From: Balanoglossus misakiensis
Taxonomy: Eukaryota; Animalia; Hemichordata
Length of the DNA: 64,000 nucleotides
Direction of reading: 5' to 3'
Assembly: GCA_040954595.2 (NCBI GenBank)
Contig: CM082576.2
Coordinates: 248,001-312,000, forward strand
Positions 12,101 through 26,200 of the stretch are shown piece by piece; within the stretch, counting starts at the first letter, position 1; each line of letters begins with the position of its first letter. The position numbers and the translations under genes were made by a program. Under the pieces are notes generated by a model that was not told the origin of the DNA, did not search any database, and saw nothing but the letters and a program-made list of their open reading frames with translations.

Positions 12101-15100
12101 TGGCGATTTTGTTGAATTGGTGACAAGGAATGCCTGCTTCCTCTGCCTAACTCAAAGTAGTGATATTTTGTAGCGGACATTTGATGACTATTCAAAAACC
12201 CAAACTAAATAATGTGGTTTGTTTGTGACGATGTGACTATGTAGTTCATTTGCCTCGCAGTGAAATTTCTTCGGTTTCCAGATTTCACCAATGAGCCTTT
12301 GCACTAGTTTGCATGAACGCTGATCGCAGGTTATCAAAACAAAATTGTTTGAATGACGCCCACAGACTTCACATTGAGGCAAAATGTGTTGCCTATTTGT
12401 ATATTGAAAATTAAAGTCCAATTTTGGACGGGCGCGAAAAGTTAAAGACACTGTAAACTTTCAAATTACACGACAAACAGTCTTCAATTCACAAACAATT
12501 AGACGGTTTACACCTCTTCTTTGCGGTCCTTTGAAGACCATAGGCCACCGGCGTTGTTGTGACCAAGTTAAAACAATAACACCGCATTTAATGGACAGTA
12601 AAGGTGTTTCCAAATTGTTCCCTTCTTAACCCAGAACAATCAAGTCCTAATTCAGCTGTCGTTCTGGAGTTTTTTGATGGTATGCCGCTCATTTGTCCCG
12701 CCTTTCTTGTCTGTACAACAGCTTGTTTAGTGGAATCTTTCTCGTTGATCCTCGGAGCTCTGCACAGTCGGACATGATCGTTCGTTTCATCTCAGCATAG
12801 GGTTTGTGCCCTTATTCTATTTCGTTCTCTCGCGGTGACCACCGAATAAACCGATCGAAATCTCTTGCGGTGTGTATATCTGACGTCAGAACGCGGGTTT
12901 GACATTATGATACCAACCAGTATATTCACATATCTTTTTTGAAAGTAGCACTTCGGCTGGTACACAGCGGTACGCCCCAGCCATTTTCTGGTCCCACAAT
13001 CAAAAGACCGCTCAAATCAAAGACAACTTCCCTTCCACATTTTCAACAATAAACCAAATTTATACCTGGATTAAAGGTGTAAATCCGTAATGGTGCTTTG
13101 TACGGCTGGGGTATACCCTTGTGACATCATCACCGCGTAGTATTGTACAATGTTGACCAACGGCGACAGACTTTGGCCATCCCAGACAAAGAATTTGGCA
13201 GGTTTTTCAGTAAAGCTGTATACATTTGCTATGATAAAAATGACTAACTAACCGACAACAACAACGCGTGAGTGACAAGAGCGGTCATTCCGCCGGCGCG
13301 AGACTTTATTTATTTTACCCAATTCAACAGCAGCGATAAGCGGCCAGTGTTAATTGTTGGTTTATCGTGTTGCTGACCCCATCCACTAATTTTATTTGTT
13401 CTGGCTCTGCTGCTGCACAACATAGCCCTATTTCAAACCATTGCCTATGGTCATTCCGGCCATTGTTTGTTGGCATCAGAAACTCATTTTCCACTGACCC
13501 GAAATGTTCTGTTATGGCTAAAATATCCCCTCGCGTGTTACTACGCATGACGCTCTTTCCCCAGGATATACACCTGTAGAGCTGAATATTTTCGAATATT
13601 TCAATGTAATAGAGGATCCCTATTCGGAAAAGCCTTGGACCGATAAAGAAAATCCAAAATGAATTGTTGAGAAGTCACCAGGTTCAATGCCCTCCCAGAA
13701 CATGAGCTCCATGCCAGCGACCCTCCCCTGTCTTCACTCACCACTTCTAACTCAAATAAGGAAATGACAAAACCCAACTTATCATTAACGGTGTACCTTT
13801 CATTGCAAACCCCAGAGTTCCGCCTTCCGTCGCAACCGGGTAACAGACACCCCCTTATACAGGCAGCCCACAGGAAGACTGACTGGACGTTTGAGCCAAG
13901 GACCTCTGCCGGCCAGAGGTGGCTCATGCCAGGCCATGTCTCTATGTGAACTCTTTGACTGCATGCCATGGCTGATGACAGACTTGGACGGTTGAAATTT
14001 GACCAACCCTCTGCAGTCATGCTTGTCGGTAGGGAAAGCAATAGCCCCGTGTGTATCCTCCCTTTGCTGGTCACTTACTTTGGAGTATACGCACTTGTAA
14101 CAGAGTCTCAAGTTGCACAAGAAACAAACCTATAAAATCTCAAACCCAGATTTGACCTTTCCATATTGAAATGCTGATTTTGCTTTAATCAAAACACTAA
14201 CTTCAAGAAACATGTCACTCTCTGTAGGTTTATATCGTTGACTTCTGCCCATAACGTGACGCGTTTTAATTCAGAATTTCTCAGCCCCAGCGTTGCACTT
14301 TGAAAACAATATTGCCAAACGATATTTGCTTTGATAAAACTAAGTCTCCACACCTCGTCAGATTTTGGTATTAATAAGGCGATAAAAGAATGACGCTAGA
14401 CTCGAAGCTGAGAATCACCTGATAAGATTTAAAACATAAGCTTATACTGGGCAAGGTGTGAGTGTGTGCCTGTGGGGTTGTCGAGCGCATGTTTGCTGCT
14501 CCGATTATGCAAAGCTAGCTCATTAGCACTCCATCCTAACGAACTTCAGTGATTTCGAGCAGACGAGAGGCAAAGAGATGTACCTTAGTTGATTAGATGG
14601 TTTTCCATTCAGATATTTCTGATAGATGAGAACAGCTGATTCGCGAACAGCACGATCACAGTATGTAAATTTGCGCCGCAACAGGGCTCAAATTTCAAGC
14701 ACCTCGGAGCTCAGCCTATCACCGTACCTTTGTGATACTCATATGAGTGTCAAGTGATTTCAGCCAGGGAATTGGTTGGAAGGATGACTGACAGTGGGAG
14801 GGAATCTAGTAACGCAGAAAAAAAAACATGATGAAGAAACCACCGTTTGTCATTTTAAATGTAAAATTCGGTCCAAGAAATTCTCTGTCGGGGTGATTTT
14901 ATTTTACTAATAAGCTTACACATCAGACCTACAAGCAGGCCTACAACTTTAGAAACACACGTTCATCATTAGTGTTTTCCTTCTGTTGAAAACAGGAGGG
15001 AAAGGCAAAATTAAAAAGAAAAGGGAAAGATGACATGTTCAGATTATTAAATATGTAAAAGAAAATAAGTTTAACTCAATTCAAATAGTACTGTATGACG

Positions 15101-18100
15101 GTAAACATGGGAATGTGCTGAGCGATACACATACTCCCCAAGACATCTTTGCCGGAGTGTTCAATGTTTAATATATTCGCTTATGGCTTCACATCACTTT
15201 TATTTTTTTTATCCTCGTCTGTCCACTCGGCAGTGGAACTTAAATGCCGTGCCTTTTCGTTGAGTGGGCAACGAGAAGTTTTATTCCCCAACAAAGTCAA
15301 CACTACGAGACGAGAACTCAAATAAAAATGTAATATATAACAATGTGCCAGTTTCCATTTGTTTTAGCTACTAACTTCAAATATTAGGTCGAAAGTGTTT
15401 ATAGAACTATTGATGTTTGTGCAGTCAGATCAGACGCGCCCTGAAGTCGGTAGACGAAGGTTCGAGTTGTTCCTTAACGGTCGGAAAATCGGAGATTTGT
15501 CGTATTTCAAGATTCTGTGGCAAGTTCTAGGCATTGAGGAAACCAGAAAAGCTGCACACCTCGGATACAAACAATGGTATGTTGAGACTAATAGTAACAC
15601 TTTAACTAGTACGAATGATCGTTGGCTTGGCGTTTCAAACGAAACTGCGGTGGACGTGCATTTAATGTCTATATTTTCGTACCAAACGTAACCATGTAGG
15701 ATAGTTTAATGAACTTGAGCGATTCTTCATTCACGAGGACTGAAGACAGAATGGTAAGGAATGAGTTTTTGCGAAAGCAGTTCGGGTTTGGTTTTCTCCG
15801 GGTAGTCCGCCATTATGGCGATCACATTTCATACGCCAGCGCCCTTTGTTATACAATGTGATAACTAGACCTTCATTCTTCCTTTAAAACATTGGGAAAA
15901 CGTCTGGTGAAATGTTAAAAACGCAAGAAGATCTTAACCGTGAACAGAAAACAATCTACTCGATTAATTCCGAACGCTCGGAGCGCTGACTGTACAGCCG
16001 TTCTGTGCTGACCTTCCCGCGCATTTTTGGGTAACCTGGCAAGCACAAAGCGAGGTGCTGACACGGCACGTACCATGTCATCTCGTGACTACCCCGATAT
16101 TTCCTGTCCCTAGGTCATGTAATATACGACATGTGAAATTCCAACCTTACACCTCAGATAGTCTGCGCTAGAAAAAAACAATGTCCAAGGACTCAGGTAT
16201 TCGAGAGGCAATATCTAAAGCAAACCAGAACTTCCTAAGATTTTTTTGGTTAAAAAATCAACAGAAACAGAACACTTTCTACAGCACAAAAAAGCTCAAA
16301 TTCTTCCCAATAATAAAAGGTACTATTCAGACATCCATCATTTTCCTATCAACGACTTCAAGTCTGGTTCGGAGATAAATTGCACTAGTTATAGACGATC
16401 TCATAATTTTTCACAAAAACGGTGATAATCCGACAGGTATTTTAAAAAAAAGTTGATTTCATAAGGATACTATCAGCCTCCTGTGTGACCTTTGTACACA
16501 ACGCCTATAAATCACACTGTCCATAAACGACAAAAACGAGACACTCAATAATTCACCTTGGCACAATGTCTTAAAGCGAATACATCAAAGTGTTTTTTTT
16601 GCAGAATTGGGGTGGTCACGATCAATTCAGAAGGACTGCAGAAATATCCCACTCCTCAAAAATATCCTATATCCGTTTTCTCCGACATTTTTCTCCTCTA
16701 AGCAAGATCGCAGTTTCTCTATTAATAGAGACACTGAGGTGCGATGCTCTGCACTATCAAGAAATGCTGCAACTGGATTTAAACACGGTTTTAACAGAAA
16801 TTGCTCACAGAACGTATTATACAATGTATTTTAATATTGTATTTTTGACCATTAAATGATACTGCACGTTTCAAACCATTCTCGTTTATTTGGATCATTA
16901 GGTAAACGTAAATAGTCATCATATATTCAGCTAATTACATGTATAAGACTTGCAAGATTAGCCAAAATAATTTATGTAGAAATTGGCCGCAATGAAACAA
17001 AATTGACGATAAAACAAAAACAATGCAAGCAAAACAACAAAAAGCAGTGTTATATCATTCGTGAGTTTAAATGCACTTTGAGTTTTTAATGACTGACAAG
17101 AAAATGACATGGAAGATGAATCGTGTAAAGTGGTCGGCTATTGGTTTCCAGAGACAAGAGAGAAAAGAAGCCCATGTCCCAGTAACTGGTTTATCAGATA
17201 ATGTAGCGTTAGTCGCTAGGGGCCATCTGAACCAATGAATTTCATAGGCCCTTTATTGAGTCTTCTTGCAGTAGATTCTACGCATATTAAATTCCCTCGG
17301 CTGGAATGTGAAATTTCAATTGGCCTTTGTCTCTGCTTTTCTCTGCCTCAGCCGGGCGTTTGCCATGAGCAGCGAAGGGGGATAAAAGGCACTATTTGCT
17401 CCGCTTGCATTTCGCCTTGTAGAATTCTGGTCGCGAGACTGAATGAAAATCGTTGTCACTTTCAGCATTTTGACCCTAGGACTGTCGAAACAACCACTGC
17501 CGATGAATTAGACAGCGCGCGACAACAACAAAACCATTCGAACAAAAACAGAAATTCTAATCAGAAACCACGTCAAGAATGCCAAAAACCTTTTAGCCTT
17601 CTTTTCAATCGAGACTGTGAATAAAAAGGTCTGTATGCTGAGAAAAGTTAAAAAAAAAAAACAATGAGTGATGGTTTTGCCCGCCATCTTGTTGAAACTG
17701 ACCACATCGTGCCTAATACTAGCGAAGGCGACGTGATTCGAGACATTTCAGGGTATTTTACAGAGAAAGATATCGATTTGTCGCTAGTGTTGAGTCCCTA
17801 AGAAAAAGGCCTTCGGCAGTTTCTCAACGATTTATAGCCCGGTGGTGATATTACATGGAAAATGTGCTGGAACATTTCATTAATGTGTGATTTTCGTTCG
17901 AAACTGAATATTGGCGCACACAAGTCGAGACGGCGATGTCATTTATAACTTATTGTAGACATAGCGAAATACACAAGCTATATCACTATCAACAAAATCA
18001 CTTACATTTACCGAGAAATTTCTCGAATAAACCCCAAACCTGGCTTTATTTCTCCTACCAGTATAGTGTCAGTTACAAAGAATATAAACAACTATTACGG

Positions 18101-21100
18101 ATAATATCTAACACCAAAACAAATCGAACTAGATATTCGGATATCAGATATGAGCAGCTCGAATGTCGTCCCGGGTGTCGCCATATTGTTCAAAACGCAG
18201 CAAAATTTTGCCACCATATTTGGGAAACAGTTGTAAAAGCCTTTATTTAATTTTAGAAAGGTATTATTGTAAAAATGAGGAAAATTTGCCCTTATTATGG
18301 GAATTTATTGTTCAACATTAGTGACATGGGAACGGCGCTAAGTGCATGAAAACCCTGATAATAAGATTAAAATATCCTGCCCCGGGTATCATGGCTGCGA
18401 TGACAACGAGTTAAAATTGCAGATTTTAGATCGAGATATCTCATCGAAGATAATGCGATATGTTCACATTTTAATAAAAATTATAAAGATTTCCTGTACC
18501 AAAGTAATATAAACAGTTCAAGTCAGTTAGATTTGAAGGAAAAATTCTGAATTCTGAACAATCGGCGTGACGCTTTTCTTCGCTAGCCCAGTCGTTATAG
18601 GTTGCAGAATTTCAGTTATAAAATGCAAACCCGTGGGTATTTTTGTGTCACGTGAAATATCACAAAGACGTTTTAGCACCAACGTGCGACCCCGCAACAT
18701 AATCCCTGCAATTAAAACTTGAAAGCTCCTTGCTTTGTTTTCCAATAGGCTTACGATTAAAGTATTGTGGCGACTTGCTTTAAGCAAAGTCTCGCAAATT
18801 AAAAGATTTTTGTCACCCGTTTAGGCTTTGAATAGATGACAAATGACAAAACAGAGCACTGAATAAAAAATACCGAGATTAGTGATTCTTCTGAAAAAAG
18901 GGGGATTGGACATGAAATAACACCGATGTACTTCGCATAATTATTCCATGCCAGGCACTTTTTATCATCCAGGTGTTATCGACAAATAGCGGAACTCTCG
19001 CCGAACCACTCCTGGAAAAATACAATTAATTTTATCTGTTTTGTCTGATGAAAATTTTGTCAGTGACATTTCCAATGTGATATGAAAGGTTCAAATTGGA
19101 AGCGGTTACCTTTTCGTGGTCGGTTTGGAAGAAGTGTTCGCTTGAACGGCTGGGAATAATTCAAGTATTAAACATGGAATTTTAATCAAGTCAAGGACAG
19201 GCCCGCATGGCGTCTCCTTCTTTTAGCTTGTACATTGAAAGTCTGAATTTAAACGCTTCTTAAGAGCAAATCGGAACTCCGCACGCAAAACGAGGTTTTG
19301 CTAAACCTAACAAATAACCAATGTGTATGGTTTGACCACATAGTCAGAATCTGTCCTTTCAGAAATTCTTACTCATCTCCTAAATCGCGCTATTTTCTGT
19401 TGACCGTCAAATTATTTTATTTTCTGATAAGGTACCGTATAGTAAGAGAAGCCCATCTTACACTGCTCCATTTTGTGGATGGTGCCTTTAGCATTGCCAA
19501 ATCCTGGCCTCACCACAACAAAAAAACAACTAAGCAAATCACTCAACTGAAGACTGTATGTTGTAAACGTTAGTCTTTGTGAGTATAAACTGGAGTACAG
19601 CTCACATTTTCTATCTTTTCAGAACCGCGCAGAATTCACCTTGGCAATTGTCCGTGAAGACATTTGCTCGTGAACGCTCGCTTCGTTAAGAGCGAAAATT
19701 ATTTCTTTGCTATTGCTGTCGGGCATGAAGACCTCCACGATCTTTCATACACCGAAAGATACTGATTTTAAAGTTTTTGTCCATATTCAAACCCTCTCTC
19801 ATTTTTTTGTACAATTAAAAGTTTTTAGGAGGTCTGTTTCAGTGAGTATGCTTGGCGAAAGGGACGAAGTTACCCAAAAGACCATTATGGAAGAGTTGTG
19901 ACGTCTTGCCGGCAGTCTTCCAGGCTCACGTAATACCAAACTTCATCACCCGGTCCCCAAAACAACGAAAGGGTTTGCAAAGCAGAAAAACAAATTTACC
20001 TTAGGCTTGGGCGATTTCTTATAAAGAAACCGGCCTTAAACGATTGCCATCTGGGGGAGGAATACACATTTCAAGACTGCATACCCTTTAGCTAAGCAGC
20101 TCTTTAGCAGTCAATCATTTGTTGGTAGGTGAGCTAGTTTGAGACGTACACGCAGATCGTCGACATGGGTGTTCCTTTTCTGTTTACCTGTGTCGCAAGT
20201 CAACAATATTTGGTAAACACCTCACCGCATCCAACCGTGATGGCGACCGCCGGCGTTCCATGAAGACACACATGTTACAGGTCAAACCATGGAATTATGA
20301 TTCCAAATTTGTTGATATTTGCCATTTCAGTGTCAACACGATGAAAGAACGTCCGAACAACAATACAACTGTGTGCTTTAAAGTATCTTTCTCTGATAAA
20401 AAAATAAATGTTTAAATGCAGGTTTGTATTTGTTTATTCGTTTATTTATTTACTGTCGAAGCAGTGTAATCATTGACCCCCCATTCGTAAAGAATAACTT
20501 TTAAATAAAGAATAACTTGTACATTTCTACCAAAATGATAGAGATATAGATAGACGGGGGAGACGATGCAAGGTTTCTGGATAGTTATGGTACATGTAGA
20601 TGAAAATTCGCGTTGCTCTAAACGCTAGTCGGAAATTTGTTTTGTTTATTTAATATCAGATACCTTGTACCTTTACGAATAACTTGCTTTTTTATAATTT
20701 TATATTAAAGTGAATTTTGGCTCGGCAATGCCGATTATTTAGCCTCACAACTCGACACTTTTCAATGAATAAAAAAATGGCACAACTATATGTTTGGACC
20801 ACCGTCAAATTATGGAGAGAAGCCATTTATCCCTAAGTTCCTTTTCCGACCATCCTCTTCTGGTTGGTTTTGTTGGCTTCGTACGAAAATAACGTTGTGC
20901 TAGAATGGGAAAATTTATGATAGGTTTAAAATTTACAACAGGAGGCAATTTTCTTCAATGAATAAATCTGGAGAGCTAGAGTCGACGTGGATCTTTGTTT
21001 TGGATGCCGTGGTATTTTTCGCCCCCTCGTAACAATATATTTCAAGGGAGTTCCATATCCGGCGTGTGGCTGTGACAGGCCTTGTACACATAACCGAGAA

Positions 21101-23182
21101 CAAACAGAAAAGTAGAGTTTTGGATTAAAGTCCAGTTTGTACACTAACCGGTCAGTGCAATCAAAATTGTAAATTTACCCTGATGATATGTGCGCGTATA
21201 AATAACCGCGGTCGCTGTCCTTTCTGATAAAGTGACGATTTTTCGAAAAAGAACGTCGCTAGTTTGGCGACTGCACTTTCAAATGTACTAGAATCAAGAT
21301 AAAGAACACATCGGTCCTATTTGTGTGCGCAGTGTAATATAATTTGAAAAAAAGTCGTGTGTAAGATTTAAGAAGTGTGGGATTGCATTTCGGGGGTTAT
21401 ATCCCAAGCTTGCGTGCTTATCTGGGTAAAAGCAAACATTCAGCTTGCCTTGTCTGTGTGTTCTAGCTCTTTACTATATACATAATGTTATTCATTCCTA
21501 CTTCGATTGTACACACTCTAGTCTGCCATTTTAGTTTCGTCATCCGTCCGGGTCAGGTTTGTCTCGACCGCTTCTCGAAGATTTCGGTGAGTTTTCAGCC
21601 TGTTTCGCTATTTTGTCCGTCGACATCCGCGAGCGCATCTGCTTATTTGCGAGGTAATTTGCATGATATATGCGCGTAGCTCTCTTGACACCAGAACGAG
21701 TCCGTTGTATGGCTTCCGAAGCCGAAGAAAAAATTATGACGCGCAGGGATTTTCTGCTTTTTGAGGTGACGGTAGAGTGTTGTTCAAACTATGTTTCCCC
21801 AAGCGTGTAGCCGTTCGCACGCGGAAAAAAAATCATATTTCCTTCAACCTCTATATTCCAGTAGACGATTTCAACTCTAAAATTGCACTATTTGTGGTTA
21901 AAATTTAGGTTTGGATAAGTGCGTAAAATTCAACATCTGCTGTGCCAGGTATATTTCAAACTAACTCACATGACCAGCAGAGTGTCCGATTTGCTCCAAC
22001 GAATTCCATTCTGCTAAATCCGATACCACGACGAGTTCATTAGCCAATCTTCCTGTCCCCTATACGACTCCCTTCTTTTCCTTACTTGCCCTGGCCGTGA
22101 CTTGTCGCACGGAAGGGGAACAAACGGCGGCGCGACAACTTGAAACTCACTTCAGGGTCAACCCCATACGCGCCGAGACACACCTTTATCAAAATGGCGG
22201 CCGTCGTCGAGTGGACTGTTTTCAGATGCGTACACATGAAAAATAAGCGATGCCTGTGTCAACAAAAATTTAATACGACTTCAAACACCACGAAGGAACA
22301 GAAGTGTCAAGTCTAATTTCCTTTTGAGGATTTTTGATGTATTTATCATTTTGGTGTTCAACTGCGGGTAAGGGACACTTTCAGACGAAGCACGTATGTC
22401 GAGTACCGTCCCCAGGTGTTTTATTGAAAGCGGTTCCTTCAAACGAGGGAACATGTCGTTATACAAACAACGATCATTCTGTGCTGCAGAATTTCCGTCA
22501 CGGGGATTGCCGGTGAACGCGGTAAAAAAAAATAACGGATGCAAATGCACATCGAGAATTTGTCATCTCCACAACATCGCCATATGCCTGGGACAGAATA
22601 TTTAATCGTTGACTACGGGACTTGAGCATAGTAAAAATATTGTCAGGTCAGAGCTGATGACTGATAAGAAATTATGATGACCTATGTACTTGGGTGACTC
22701 GCAGTCGCAAACAATTGAAAATTTCCTCTCGTGAAAACTTGGCCAATTTTTTTAATCTCAGGTTGAAGGCTTAAGACAATTTTTCGGGTTCTTTTGATTG
22801 ACATATGTAACTTTAGGGTGCCGCTTTGAAAGAAATACTAGTAATGACGCGGATGTAATTATGAGAGACCTGTATAATTGGTACAAATTGCGCGGTCCCC
22901 GAAGCGCATAAATCAAGCTTGTGTCAGGACTCTCCCGTGGTACTCTGTTATGGACCATTGGAAGTGAATATAAAATGTTCGTGGCGTGTTTTGCTGGCTA
23001 TTTTTAGACGCTGGGTATGACTTACACGAATCGCTTTATGATCAACACAAACACTGAACGCAAATGTATGTTACCTACAACACGCTAACATGGTTGTTTC
23101 AACTGGTGGTTTGGTGGTATTAGCATTCGTTCTAGCGTGCGTGCTGAAACGCGAGAAACAATATTTCCCCCACAACCGCGTA

Positions 23183-23187
<5 letters not shown>

Positions 23188-23221
<34 letters not shown>
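23188..23221 (+). repeat. (GA)n microsatellite
   Basis: Directly visible. Confidence 0.95.
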
Positions 23222-26200
23222 TCTTACATCTTAATATATCGCAGTCTTTGAATGGTGCGTATTTATCACAATAAAGAGGTATCACCTTGCAGGTGGCATT
23301 GTACAAAAGGCAAAAACGCAATTAGAAACGTAAGGAAAACCCGATTGATGACATCCGTTGTTGCGGGGTGATTGACCCCTCATGCATACCAGAGTCGTAG
23401 GATTTGGTATATTTCATTTCAATCCAGGAATTGAGAGAAAAACACCATAACTTCCGATGCGACCACTGAATGGCAGCAAACAGTACAAAGTAAACAACAA
23501 TTTCTCCGCAATATCTTCATCAATGGAGAAGCCAATCGATGAAATTTTAAATTTAAACATTGTATAGTTTCTCAAAAAGCCGTTTCTGTAACATTTTTTT
23601 CTGATGACTATTTTCCAGAAGAAAGTATTTGCTTTCGAAAAGACCACAAACAGAAAGCGAGATTTTGCCGCTGGTAAACTTTTTTAGAGTCACGGTCGTG
23701 TATAAAGCCATGGACCCTGGGGTCTATGATAAAGCTTACCACCTTAAGAAATAGCATATTTAGCTTTCGTCAACAAAGTTGAGTTTAGTCAGTCAACAAG
23801 GACCAGTATAACGATAAACGTTTGACCTTTCTGCCCCATATCTTTGGACACTCAAACGTGTTCGATCCAAAAGTACATCCGATTTACCTTAAGTGGACTG
23901 TACTATATAGCGTACAATTTCTCTCCTATGGTCAATTGTTTTGTTTATTTAATGTCTTTAAAAAAATCATGCAGATCGAATTAAAGTTTTGAATTTTTGT
24001 AAGAGTAGTGTAGTGCGTTAACTAAACCCTGAAACCCCGATTGTGTATGTTCAAATGTCGAATGCAATTAAGCCACGCTCGCTAAACTTTACGAATGAGC
24101 AACACGATATTTGTTGTAGCCTCTTAACGATTTACTGTTCACAGCAGAAATTACTGACTTGTGATAACACATACCGCCGGAATTGTACAAGCAAATCGTT
24201 TTGAATCGTCTTAAACAAAAACTCTCCCTTATCAGCATTCAGCACACATAACCATAATAAACTGCCCGAAATAAAGGAATGATTTAGGATGTGTGAATTT
24301 TGGTAAACGCGATAATTTAAAAGGGATGTGAAAATGACTAAAACATTGACTGCCAACAGTTTTCAACAACAAAACCCGGGTTTAATTCCATACTGATACC
24401 ATAAAATTAAAAAAAAAACTCTCAAACTTTTTACCTTATTATAAGGGAATCGAGGATAAACTGATTACAATATCGGTGTCTGAATTCTATCATCATTTTG
24501 AAAGCTCCATTAGCAGTAACATTGGCTTCACAAAATCAGCATTAATATTTTGGGAAAAGTGAATTTAAATCAGGTCTTCAATTTACTAGTGTGTTTAACA
24601 TATACAGATTATGTTGACAAGCAGAATCCTAGGTATTTTAGAATGCTGTGGAGTAGAACAAGAAAATGCAGTTGATGCACGGAAAAAAAATTAACAGGCC
24701 ATAAATTGCTGCTTCTTTTGCTTTAAGAAAGGTGAAAAGGATTTATCGTTTGTTTGTGCTTAAATCAAAATGAGAAAGCGCAATTATCAAAACTAAGAGA
24801 CCGACTTTTTTGGATTGAACGAGTTTTCAATAACGCCGTGACATTTTGGTGGAAACTTGGACTTGAGGAATTTTGTGGAGGGTTTCACTTTCTTGAAAAT
24901 TCAAACATGACATTCTCTCTTTCAAGTTGTACAGTGCATTATGGGATGCCTACATCCTTCTCGGCACCTGTCCATTCTTTGAGAATAGTTGTATCAACTT
25001 ACGACCCTCTCTTTTTACGTAGAAAGACCACATCAATCACGACTGATTGCGAATATTGAGAGTAAAAAATCGACGAAGCTCCGTCGTTCGTGTAATCTGT
25101 CAACAATCACAAAATGAAAGTCATTTGTTAAAGAAAGAGAGAGAAACCATCTTTATCACATCTTATTATGTTTAATCATGAATAAGTTTGTCGGAAATTC
25201 TATCTGATCCGTATGTGATGAGCGAATTTTGATAAACTCTCATGCAGTGTCTAAACCGACTGTCGACTTTTGAGATGTCCCCCTTTCATAAATGCTTTCA
25301 AATATGTAAACATTTTACATGGGAATCAACGAAGCAGTCCAACGCAACGTCACATGAAGCAGATCGAAAAATCTGTTGCTGCTCCTGTCAATCACTTTGA
25401 CGGACGTTTTCTTTTCTTTCCATTGATATGTAAATTCTATTTAATTAATGATTCAAGTGTAAAATTGAAACATACCACTGTCATCTTTGATCACTGTATG
25501 CAGCATACTGCCGGGGATCGATAACTGTTCTTAAAACGAACCCGTAAAGCAAACTTTGGGTGAACATTTAAGGGTCTCTATTAATTCCACCGCAACTCCA
25601 AGAATAGAAATTGATCCAATCGGATGAAAATTGGCAGCAGGGACGGAAAGAAAAAGTCAACTAAACAATTTATTTCAGTGAAATTCGACATTTAGTGAAA
25701 TTAACCAGATTTAAATTGGTATAATGGAGAAAATAGCACATATGTAAATTCAATAAATTCGTAAAAAAGCCTGTGAATGATTATTATAATATGAAAGAAC
25801 TGGGCTTTGTATTTTGTCTTAGTGACAAGTTTTGCCCCTGGCAAAAAATAATAGTTTTTGTTCACCGGCAGATTTGCCCATACAAACGAACGTGAAATCT
25901 GTGAAGCAAGCGGGATATCGGGTTACTCCATTGTACACATTAATTTTACTTTCATTCCAAATACAGTTATATTTAGCCACGCACCAAGATGAAAACGGCA
26001 TGCTTGGAAAAAAGGTAATTGCATTTCGAGCGACTTTTCTGACATGAGTACTGCAGTCACTACTGTGTCAAAGTTCATGCAAACTCTCTCGGGAGACCGA
26101 AGCAGTGTTTTGATTCGCGAAGTGGAATCGAAGCCTTTATGTTTTCTGGTTTAAGAACTATCAGTCTAGGTTTCAACGGGGCTTCAATCATGCCGCTGTC

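Noticed and set aside
15790-15809. GGTTTTCTCCGGGTAGTCCG, resembling a common invertebrate SINE core
   Set aside because: Only about 20 bp with no head or tail; too short to call.
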